Below, in pieces: positions 11,833-21,078 of a stretch of 33,894 bases of DNA. This DNA comes from Octopus bimaculoides (taxonomy: Eukaryota). Position 1 is the first letter of the stretch. Each line of letters opens with the position of its first letter. The position numbers were made by a program, and so were the translations under genes. A model generated the notes under the pieces. That model saw only the letters and a list, made by a program, of their open reading frames with translations. It made no database searches and had not been told where the DNA came from. The DNA lies in the NCBI RefSeq assembly GCF_001194135.2, contig NC_068981.1:198589905-198623798 (forward strand). Reading direction: 5' to 3'.

Positions 11833-12444
11833 TGTCGAGTGTCTTAGGAGAGATGAGGTGTTGTGATGTTCATGCCTTTTCAAATAATTTTAATTAGGAC
11901 ACTACTGAAACATCACTTGGCATCAAAATATAGACTTGACTCACCTAGAGTACCACTTAACTTGATTCACATATAATGTACTTAGCTGGAATATACTTGC
12001 CTTGATTCCCCTCCTTGGCTTAACTCAGAGTGTACTTGACTCAGCTAAAGTACATTTGACTCGACTCACTTAGAATAATCTTGATTCACTTGACTCTTCT
12101 AAAGTGTACTTGACTCACCTGGAGTGCACTTGAGACTCCATCCTCCTTTCCTCCACCAATGGTAATTGTTGTTTCAGACGTTTTTCTGTAAAGCCACACC
12201 CTCATCCCACTGCTTCATTTGTGTGACGCTGGAGTAGTGAGGGGCTAGGGATTAAGCCCTGAACAGGGATGATGAAACGACTCTGCTGATCAATCCAGCT
12301 GGCTGATTGATTGACTGAATGCTTAATCATATAAGCAATTAGTTAATTGGTTAAATGGTTAACCGTTGACTAATAATAAAGGAAGTGAAATAAAAGCTTT
12401 GTATGTGTATATTATTGGCATAACGACCCTCCCAAGACACAACA
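11833..12444. mobile_element. TG...CA-bounded element with short imperfect terminal inverted repeats (solo LTR or MITE) and an internal ~20-bp minisatellite
   Basis: gtgtcttaggagag (11839-11852) versus reverse complement of 12427-12440 gtgtcttgggaggg (12/14); AATAAA at 12375 and 12389; repeated cttgactcac units about 11935-12135; no TSD seen. Confidence 0.5.
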
Positions 12445-12565
12445 AAATTTATTTTAACAAACAATTTCCCATCAAGAATCTTGCCAACCAAAGACTAAAA
12501 TGAAACCTTGTGAAAAGATGTCCCTGAAAATGTTATCTAAAATATACAAACATTTTGTTTTTTAA

Positions 12566-12827
12566 TACAGTTCTATATTTAAGAGATGAGAAATTATTTA
12601 CATTATTTACATTTGACAGATATTTGTCCTCATCCTGTTTGCTGTTAACATAAAGTTTCAGCTGATATACCTTCCAGCCTTCATCAGGTGTCTTAGGGAA
12701 ATTTCAAACCTGGGTTCTCATTCCTAAGGTATTTTTCAATGTTATTATTATTCAGGTCACTGCCTGGAATTGAACTCAGAAACTTGGGGTTAGTAGCCTG
12801 CACTCTTAACCACTATGCCATATGCCC
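12566..12827 (-). mobile_element. Composite SINE-like element: tRNA-derived head plus hammerhead-bearing (Penelope-like) tail
   Basis: Minus strand GGGCATATGGCATAGTGGTTAAGAGTGCAGGCTACTAACCCCAAGTTTCTGAGTTCAATTCCAGGCAGTGACC (A box TGGCATAGTGG, B box GTTCAATTCC), short (TAA)n, hammerhead core, then GTAAATAAT x2 near the 3' end. Confidence 0.75.
12647..12692 (-). ncRNA. Minimal type I hammerhead ribozyme motif (probably degenerate in this copy)
   Basis: GACAC-CUGAUGA-A-GGCUG[GAAGGUAUAU]CAGCU-GAAAC-UUU-AUGUU: both core boxes, 5-bp stem II and a 4/5 stem I are visible; stem III palindrome is broken. Confidence 0.65.
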
Positions 12828-13121
12828 ATGGGCATAGTGGTTAAGAGGGCTGATAAATCTAATATTTTCCTATCCTTCCTTAATACCAGTTCTCATATGT
12901 TATTCATATCTGCACTCAGTCTGCTTAGGAGGTTGGTTTTTTACCATGTAGACAATTTCCAATATATCAAAGTTGTTCTTAAAATTCTTCCTATATATTA
13001 TGTGTTCTGTTTTCTTACATATAATTTATTAAAAAGAATTTTGTTTTCATAAATTACTTAGTTCTTTTATTTATTAAAATGGTTAACATAATTCTTTGAC
13101 TTATTTCTCTTTCTTCTGCAG

Positions 13122-13276
13122 TATTATCTCCCTGAAAATGAATCCAGTGTCCCATGTAATGTTTCAAATTGCCTCTATTTATTCCATTCAAAAGAAAATA
13201 AAGCTGATGTGGAGAATATCGCCGAATCAGTGGTGACAATGTATTTAGGGGTCGTGGCTGTTATTTTAGTTGACGT
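13122..13276 (+). CDS. TXNDC16: TXNDC16-like exon 5 (phase 0/2)
   Basis: ctctttcttctgcAG / GTAAGT. YYLPENESSVPCNVSNCLYLFHSKENKADVENIAESVVTMYLGVVAVILVD(V). Confidence 0.87.
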
Positions 13277-14156
13277 GTAAGTATTACTCCTTTTGTAGGG
13301 AAATTATATGTTGGGTGTGTATACTGGTTGATGGGGAAGCAGGAGTCCTTTGGTCCTCGTTTAGCTGGCATGAATTGAATGGTTTGATAGGATCCAGTGG
13401 GTCCAAGATTTACATAATGTTCCAACCGTATGGTTTTTGCAATTAGATGCCCCTCCTAATGCCAACCTCTTCCTGGTGTCTACTGGTGAGCTTGTCATGG
13501 ATCTTACAAGACTATGATTTTGAGAGAGGCAGCTTTATACTGCTCGGAAATGAAGGGCTAAATTATGAGTTAAGGGGCTAGAGCAATCACATACTTTTTG
13601 CTGTAGAGGGGCCACATGGTAGGGGTGATTAGTGTGAAGCTGGAAGATGGGGGTGATTGATGTAGAACTGTGAACAATCAACGTGAATATCAATCATCAT
13701 AATTTGGATATGGTAAGACCCTTTACTGCAGGAATAGTCTCAGAAGAGCACGCTCTAGATAGACTTGTGTAAATACACTTTTTATTTGGTGCTGAGAGTG
13801 ATATCATTGGATCAGAGAATGCTTGTGTTTCGGCATCATTCCACTTTGTTATGAAAACCACAAAACCCAAATCTATCTTTCACAGCCCCAAGAAAGACTT
13901 TCCTAACATTAAATCAAATGGAAGTTTTAAGATACATTTCTTTTTCCCATTTGATTGTAATTAATAAAAATAATTAGTTTCACAAATTGTTTCATTAATT
14001 AATTAACCACTGTAGAAGATATAATGTCAAAGAAAAAAAAAATATGTGATTAAAGAATTATAGGAATTTACGAATGGAAGGGGAGAAATGTGGTCTGAGA
14101 CTCAGAACCTCTGCTTGATTTGTTTTTTGCTTAAACAGTTGTTTCTGTGTTTTTAG

Positions 14157-14232
14157 GGATTCCAAACATCTTAACAGTTACCTCTACTTTACAAAAACGA
14201 CACCTTCTGCAGCCATTTCTTTTGCTGGACAA
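14157..14232 (+). CDS. TXNDC16: TXNDC16-like exon 6 (phase 2/0)
   Basis: ttctgtgtttttAG / GTAAGT. DSKHLNSYLYFTKTTPSAAISFAGQ. Weak homology, but it is the exon that links the phases of exons 5 and 7. Confidence 0.78.
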
Positions 14233-14299
14233 GTAAGTACCATCGATATAATAGCCATTTACTCATTTTGACTTATTTAAGAAAAAGTCATTTATTGCA

Positions 14300-14388
14300 T
14301 CATCATCATCATCACCATCATTATCACCATCACCATCATCACCATCATCATCATTATCATCACCACCCACCATCATCACCATCATCAT
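14300..14388. repeat. (CAT/CAC)n microsatellite
   Basis: Direct reading. Confidence 0.92.
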
Positions 14389-14976
14389 TAAGTCCACTTT
14401 TCATATTGATATGGGTTGGACAGGTCACTGTGGTCTGAGTTGGTGCTTATTTGAAGTTACTATCTTCTTGCTTGGGTCAGAGTATATTTCGCTTTAATGG
14501 TACAAGAAACATTCACAATGTTATCAAAGAAATATGGAAGGAGCAAAGCGTTGTAGTGAAAAGTCAGGGAAAAACCGATGAAAGAAGGACAAGAAAAATG
14601 GAGATAAAAAAAAAAAAGAGCCAGGAATTGATTTTGCCACATTATTGCTCATTCCTGCAGAATTTCTACTGTTCTCCAACCAATTCTTTTACTGGTTTCA
14701 GGCATTGACACCAACCCACTTTGTTTTGTTGTTTTTATATTTGATTTTTCATGCTGGCATGAGTTAGATGAATACATGTCATTGAAGCATTTTTTTACAA
14801 CTGGATGCTTTTCCTATCACTAACCCTTACTTTGTTTTTTAAGTAAGGGAGCTCTTCATATTTCTCAAGTTTTCAAAGTGGCAGACCTGTTGATAGGGGA
14901 GTGACAGCGGTGTCCTTGCCTGTGGCTGAGTAATGCTCAGAGGAGCATAAATATAACCACACAGATATACACTGAC

Positions 14977-14979
14977 ATG

Positions 14980-15010
<31 letters not shown>

Positions 15011-15093
15011 ACACACACACACACAGACACACACACGCAGGCACACATAGATACAGAAACACAGAGGCACACACAGATACATACGCACACATA

Positions 15094-15172
<79 letters not shown>

Positions 15173-15432
15173 ATACACACACACACACACACACACCCAG
15201 ATACACACAGACACAGAAACACACACACACACACACACACACATACACACAAACACACACACACCCCCCCACACGTACACACTTAGCACCATCCAGTTTC
15301 TGTGTACCAATTTATCTCACAAATCTTTTGTCAGCCAATGACCAAAAATAGAAGATACTTGTCCAAGGTGTTGTGCAATGAGAGTGAACCCAAAACCCTA
15401 TGCTTGGAAAGCAAACTCCTTAGCCATGCACT
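14977..15432 (-). mobile_element. Decayed SINE family A 5' half with a greatly expanded internal (CA)n/(TG)n tract
   Basis: 15291-15432 is the reverse complement of the family A head and core; the ~300-bp CA-rich tract 14977-15282 sits where family A has its internal microsatellite. Confidence 0.7.
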
Positions 15433-15797
15433 GGACCCTAATTTGATATTTGTTTTTTATAAATGATTACTCACATCATACATAGTTGTTATTGCTGTTT
15501 GATGTCTAGGCTCCGTTGATCACTGAGAAGACAGGCTTAGAATCAAATGCTACTCCAGCCATGACCATCTTGTCTTTGTCCAATGTGTCCTTTCTTTTCT
15601 AAACCTGTTGGGTGGGATTTTAGGGCTTTGAACTGCTATTTCTAGCAGATTGAGCAGCACATGACAGCTCTCTATTTGGCTGCTTTGTACCTGGGAAATT
15701 GTCAAAGGTTTGTCATTTAGCAAGAGGCAATATTCTAGGCTCAGCTCATAATTGCACCTCCATTGTAGCTAAAGAGCAAAAGTGAAAGTAGAAGATA

Positions 15798-16010
15798 CAT
15801 CATCATCATTGTTTAACGTCTGTTTTCCATGCTGGCATGGGTTGGATGGTTTGACAGGAGTTGGCAAGGCCAAGCTCCACATCTAGTTCCATTGTCCGTT
15901 TAGGTATGGCTTCTACTGCTAGATGCCCTTCTTAACACCAGCCACTTTTCAGAATGTACTGGCTGCTTTTTATGTGGCACCAACACCAGTGCTTTATAAG
16001 TGGCACCATG
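15798..16010 (-). mobile_element. RTE LINE 3'-tail fragment
   Basis: catcatcatcattgtttaacgtctgttttccatgctggcatgggttgg...gatgcccttcttaacaccagccact. Confidence 0.8.
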
Positions 16011-16120
16011 TTAATGAGACCTGACACCTCACTGGAACAGTAACCTGTATTACTATAGTCTTTTTATTGTCTCCTCTGACCCACCACCACCACCACCACC
16101 ACCACCACCACCACCACCAT

Positions 16121-16280
16121 AACTATATGCATGAGAATACATACAAAAAACAAAACATACAAATCTGTTCATACATACTTTGTTGTTGATGTTGAAATTG
16201 CAATGAAGGAGCCTTGGATCTGGGTTAGAAACCGGTTCTTTCTCTGTTGGCAAGAAATCTTGAAATGAAACTGAATAATG
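16121..16280 (+). mobile_element. Isolated 3' UTR end of the RLE-type LINE family seen at 2925-3690
   Basis: Shares aactatatgcatgagaa(g/t)acataca...caaatctg...catacatac with about 3640-3695. Confidence 0.6.
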
Positions 16281-16291
16281 ACATACATACA

Positions 16292-16588
16292 GGGCGAATG
16301 GAATACAGTGGTATGAGTACATGTTGAGGAGGGATGAGGAACATGTTCTGAGGAGGGTGCTAGAGTTTTAGGTAAATGGACTGCGAAAGTGAGGTAGACC
16401 AAGGAAAACGTGGAGGGGACAGGTGGAGGAGGAGATTGGGAGGGTTGGTTTGAGAAGGGAAGGCTCCCAAAACCAGGCAAGATGGCGAGATGGTGTGAGG
16501 GTGGTTGCTATGGCATTGAGGTAGATCTGGCCACCCCCCATTAATGGGGACAAAACCTGGATTTAAAACACTGGATGATGATGATGAT
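16292..16588 (+). mobile_element. 5'-truncated RTE LINE of a second family
   Basis: ANGIQWYEYMLRRDEEHVLRRVLEF*VNGLRK*GRPRKTWRGQVEEEIGRVGLRREGSQNQARWRDGVRVVAMALR*, then a short UTR and (GAT)n tail different from the other RTE tails. Confidence 0.85.
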
Positions 16589-16740
16589 ACATACATACAC
16601 AATGGTCTTCTTTCAGTTTCTGTCCACCAAATTCACTCACAAGGCTTTGGTTAGCCTGGGGATATAGTAGAAGCGCCATGCAGTGGGTCTGAACCTGGAA
16701 TCATGCGATCAGGAAGCAAATTCTTACCACACAGCCATCC
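16589..16740 (-). mobile_element. SINE family A 5' half
   Basis: Reverse complement of ggatggctgtgtggtaag...gaaactgaaagaagacc with a short internal deletion. Confidence 0.8.
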
Positions 16741-16881
16741 CGTTGTACCCTTTTCCTTAAAGTCACCAAGAACTTAAGAGAAAATGAAGATCGGTTTTAT
16801 TTCCTTCAAAAATAAATGTTGCATTTTTATGATAAATTTGAATTTTAAAATAGATTCTATTTCTTTTCTGTTTTTTCACAG

Positions 16882-17014
16882 AATGGAAAAACTTTCATGG
16901 ACACATCTTTTTCTAAAGTGTCTTTGATGAATTTCCTCCAAGGATACGTAGCCGGTTCCGTAGTCAAACAAGAACCCTTAATTGAAGAACAAGAGGCATT
17001 AGAAGAGTTTGCTT
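16882..17014 (+). CDS. TXNDC16: TXNDC16-like exon 7 (phase 0/1), acidic linker
   Basis: ttctgttttttcacAG / donor GTGCGT. NGKTFMDTSFSKVSLMNFLQGYVAGSVVKQEPLIEEQEALEEFA(Y). Confidence 0.78.
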
Positions 17015-17220
17015 GTGCGTATCTTTAAACTTAATGTTGTTGTTGTTGTTATTTATATCACATGTTGTTGATTGCTGTTAATCTTCTTTCTGAGGTTGAT
17101 TCAAACCTGTTGAAATAACAACCAAAGATTTTCTAGAAAAACAAAGAGAATTAAATGGAACAATATTTTGAGTTGTAATATGGGTTGCTATCGCCACCAC
17201 CACCACCACCACCACCACCA

Positions 17221-17379
17221 TAAGGGGATTACATCAATCACTGGTACTTAATTTATTAACCCCAAAAGGATGAAAGGCAAAGTCGATCTTGGTGGCATTT
17301 GAACTCAGAACCTACAGACAGACGAAATGCATTGAAGCATTTTGCCTGATGTGCTAACGATTCTGCCAGCTCACTGCCT
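17221..17379 (-). mobile_element. tRNA-derived SINE family C
   Basis: Minus strand taggcagtgagctggcagaatcgttagc...gagttcaaatgccaccaagatcgactttgcctttcatcctttt (A and B boxes); matches the + copy at 32021. Confidence 0.82.
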
Positions 17380-17398
17380 AGAAATAGTAATAATAATA

Positions 17399-17779
17399 TT
17401 GGGTTGTCCGGAAAGTTTGTGCTGATTTTCCAAAAGGTTCTTCTCCCTCAACTCATGTGGTACCCAAACATCGTAGCGATTTGTGTACCCAAGCTTTACC
17501 AGGTGCTCATGAACGATGGATTTTGNNNNNNNNNNATTTTTCTCTTTACGGAAAAAGAAAAACATCAAGTGCCGAAAATGAACTTTCTTATCTTCCATTT
17601 TAAAGGGTTACAGAATTAACACAGGTTATAGGAACATAAACCTTCTTCCACGAAAAGTTAGCTTAAACTGTGCTCTAAATGGAGGTGTAGTCCAATCCTA
17701 TTTTATGGACTCAACCATGTTCTAAAATAAGTCGAAAGATAAGCTACTATAAATCGGCACAAACTTTCTGGACAACCCG

Positions 17780-17780
<1 letters not shown>
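17399..17780 (-). mobile_element. Internally deleted mariner transposon with ~30-bp TIRs and TA target duplication
   Basis: TA-ttgggttgtccggaaagtttgtgctgattt ... aaatcggcacaaactttctggacaacccga-TA. Minus ORF MEDKKVHFRHLM...HEHLVKLGYTNRYDVWVPHELREKNL has the mariner WVPHEL linker; 10-N gap inside. Confidence 0.93.
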
Positions 17781-17837
<57 letters not shown>

Positions 17838-17840
17838 TAA

Positions 17841-18058
17841 TCCTTTCTACTACAGGCACAAGGCTTGAAATTTTGAAGAAAGGGGCTATTCGATCACATG
17901 AACCCTAGTGCATAACTGGTATTTATTTTGTTGCCCCTGAAAGGAATGAAAAGCAAAATCAACCTTGGTGATATTTGAACTCAGTATGTAGAGAACCCCA
18001 AGAAATGGTCTGAGGCATTTTGTCCAATGTGCCAAAGATTCTGCCAGGTTGCCACCTT
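17841..18058 (-). mobile_element. SINE family C
   Basis: tcctttctactacaggcacaagg...ggaatgaaaagcaaaatcaaccttggtgatatttgaactcag; (TAA)n tail at 17781-17840. Confidence 0.8.
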
Positions 18059-18069
18059 AATAACAATTG

Positions 18070-18282
18070 GGGATTTCAAATTTTGGCAGAAGGCCTGTAA
18101 TTATGGAAGAAGGGATAAATAAATTACGTTGACCCCCCCCCCCCGAGTTCAATTGGTGCCTATTTTATTGATTCGAAAAGGATGTAAAGCAAAGTCGACC
18201 TCAGCAGAGTTTGAACTCAGAATGTAAAGACAGACACAATGCCGCTAAGCATTTTGCCAAACATGCTAACAGTTCTGCTCAT
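18070..18282 (-). mobile_element. SINE family C
   Basis: ggatgtaaagcaaagtcgacctcagcagagtttgaactcagaatgtaaagacagac...gctaagcattttgcc. Confidence 0.78.
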
Positions 18283-18361
18283 TCACCATTCTACAATCAA
18301 CTCACTTATTGATCTTCTGTTGATAACAAAATTTGATGGATCAGTTTTTATTTCTTCGCAG

Positions 18362-18508
18362 ATTCTGTCAATGACGACGAAGTGTCCAATGTTGTGTACA
18401 GTAACAGAGATGTGGAATATGACAATATAGTGACCACCCTCACAGACCAAACATTTGCAGATCTGGAACATTCATCTCAGCTGACACTGGTCATCTTCTA
18501 TTTGCCAT
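18362..18508 (+). CDS. TXNDC16: TXNDC16-like exon 8 (phase 1/1)
   Basis: tatttcttcgcAG / GTAAGT. SVNDDEVSNVVYSNRDVEYDNIVTTLTDQTFADLEHSSQLTLVIFYLP, a thioredoxin a-type start (LT..TF ... V.FY.P); compare remembered human VQDDEVAETV...ELTEETF...IVLFYAGW. Confidence 0.92.
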
Positions 18509-18827
18509 GTAAGTGTTTTCATCTACATCTCATTATGGCAGCAAAAATATCTGGCATTTGTGTGGTTGGTCATCAAAATCGTTACCATTGTTATCATGTT
18601 AGAGTTTTGTTCTGTCGTAGTAGTAGTAGTAGTAGTAGTAGTTATTTTATTAAATTCTTTGTTATATTTTAAATTAATTGAAAGAAACACAGAGCATCTC
18701 AACAGAAATACAGTAACGAAAGGGTTAATTCTCTATCAGAAATATTTTGGTCAAGGAATTATTGTAAATGTTTGGCTAAAGGCTAAGACAATTTCAGACA
18801 CAAGTCATGATATTCTTTTCTCAACAG

Positions 18828-19077
18828 ATAACCCTGTGTACTCAGCACTTTTACAACATTTGCTGGAATGGAAGCAAAAATATGGTTCATTCTACCCGCA
18901 TCTTTCGGTTGCTCGTTTTAACTGCTTTGACTGGACAGATGTCTGTGAGAAGCAACATATTATTCACACACCTACGCTGCAACTATTTGGTCAGAAACAG
19001 GGCCTATCAACCTCAAAGACTGCTATCAATTACACAGGAGCTCTTCATGCAACAGACGTTATGGCTTTCTTGTATTT
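18828..19077 (+). CDS. TXNDC16: TXNDC16-like exon 9 (phase 1/2), thioredoxin-like domain without CxxC
   Basis: ttcttttctcaacAG / GTAAGT. (Y)NPVYSALLQHLLEWKQKYGSFYPHLSVARFNCFDWTDVCEKQHIIHTPTLQLFGQKQGLSTSKTAINYTGALHATDVMAFLY(L). NCFDWTDVC matches the remembered human NCADWSDVC. Confidence 0.93.
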
Positions 19078-20601
19078 GTAAGTGTTGCCTTTTCATAATG
19101 TTTCAAATTTTGGAAAAAAGCTCACTTTCTGGAATCGTAAAATTTTGAAAAGTCCAAATTTTAAGATAAAAGTTATTTTAATTCATAATTTAGAAGTAGG
19201 GTTCATTATTTCACCCTGATGTAGACAGGAAGTCACTTTTCTTTTTAAAATTTAACAAAGATAGAAGGCAATACCTTGGTTCTGTGCTGGGCCTCTTGAC
19301 TGGATTGGTGAGGGGGTGATGCGGCTGATACCCCAGCATCTGCAGGTTAAATGTGGGAGGGAAATGGAGGCAGAAGATCTTGTCTAAATACTTTGAGAAA
19401 ATATTAATGTATTTTTTAAAGTGAACTGCAAAAAGTGAGGCAGTCGTATTTATTGTGGGGTGGAGGATACTATACCACCCAGAGCTGAAGGCAGCCAGGG
19501 TGATGGGGTGGTATTAAACAGGGCTACCATGATAATCCTTGTGAATGCAAACTATTCAGGTGAATTAATTAGTTAATAAATATATAATTGAGTAGAAAGC
19601 AAAATAGGTTGTAATTAATTAATACAATATAAGGTAGGAGAACCTAAAAGTTTGGATCGTTTATTATAAATCAGTCAACAATCATCAACTTATAATGAAT
19701 AAAGAATATATTAATAAGAAATAGCTAATTGATATATACCATCACCACCACCACCACTCATCATCATCATCACCATCATCATCATCATTATCATCATCAT
19801 CATCATTTAGCACCCATTGTCCATGCTAGTATGGTTTAATAAAGCAATTTTTGCCAAAAAGTTAAAATTCATAAAAATGTTCATTTCAAGGTTAAACTAA
19901 AGAAAACTTTCTTTTTATGATTAATTATCTTAATTAATCACTTTTTAAAATGAATAAAATCAAAATAGTACAATAAAGTTAAAATAAGATTAAAAAAACA
20001 TGAACTTTCACAAAAAAGAAAAAAAACTAAACAAATCCATTGATAAATATTTCTATTAATTAACTGAAGTTTGATCAAAAGATTTCTGTTAGTTTTTGTC
20101 CAGGACTGCCTTTTTGGAGCTATTTTTAACCCTTACCCTACAGCTGGACCTACCCTGTGATGTTGTAAATTATTTGACCCCATGTATGTATCCAGTCATT
20201 TGAACGCAAGCAAAAGCCTAAACAAAAGCTGTGTAGTTTCCCTGTGAGACAAATTTCTGGCTTCAAAGTGCTTTTACCAATATTAGTTATTGGTGATTGA
20301 TACCAACTGCTAATATTGATTATTTGCACCTTTTTCCCCAATTCATGAAACAGGTCTCTTTAAGATTAGAATTATTTATTACCATTCAATTGTAAGTGTA
20401 TCTCCTTACAATTTTAATTCTTTGCACCTGTTATTCAGGAATTTCAAATTTACCATCATAAGTAAGCACTTTTGCTTGCTATTCTTTTCCCTGTGTGTGA
20501 AGGTACAGTATGCTACCTGTTTCCCAATAATATTTCAGACGTTATGCCTTGTGTAGAAAAGAATATTTCAATATGTATTTTTATGTATCATTTAATTTTG
20601 T

Positions 20602-20775
20602 GGTTATGGCTGTGTGGTAAGTAGCTTGCTTACCAACCACATGGCTCCGGGTTCAGTCCCACTGCGTGGCACCTTGGGCAAGTGTCTTCTACTATAGCCT
20701 CGGGCCAACCAAAGCCTTGTGAGTGGATTTGGTAGATGAAAACTGAAAGAAGCCCGTCGTATATATGTGTGTGTG

Positions 20776-20814
<39 letters not shown>

Positions 20815-21000
20815 ATATGTATGTGTGTGTGTATGTTTGTGTGTCTGTGTTTGTCTCCCCAACATTGCTTGACAACTGATGCTGGTGTGTTTACATCCCC
20901 GTGACTTAGTGGTTCAGCAAAAGAGACCAATAGAATAAGTACTAGGCTTACAAAGAATAAGTCCTGGGGGTGATTTGCTCGACTGAAACAAGTAAAAGAG
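20602..21000 (+). mobile_element. SINE family A with a 37-nt deletion near the 3' end
   Basis: Very close to 8924-9367 but reads cgact-gaaacaag, lacking aaagg...aatgact. Confidence 0.9.
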
Positions 21001-21078
21001 AGATTAATTGAATTGAATCATTTCCTGCATTGTTGGATCTTTTTGAAGTTGATTGAGGATTTCTTTCGTTATTGTCTT

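Noticed and set aside
12755-12827. Possible tRNA gene
   Set aside because: Acceptor and anticodon stems do not pair properly and it continues into a repeat tail; treated as a SINE head.
14839-15351. Long CVCV/HTHT ORFs (also 2378-2692, 3812-4012, 23671-23946, 25769-26089, 29237-29572)
   Set aside because: Translations of (CA)n, (TA)n and (TAT)n microsatellites.
18560-18827. N-terminal part of the 173-aa ORF
   Set aside because: Intronic, includes a (GTA)n tract; only 18828-19077 (or 18798-19077) has splice and homology support.
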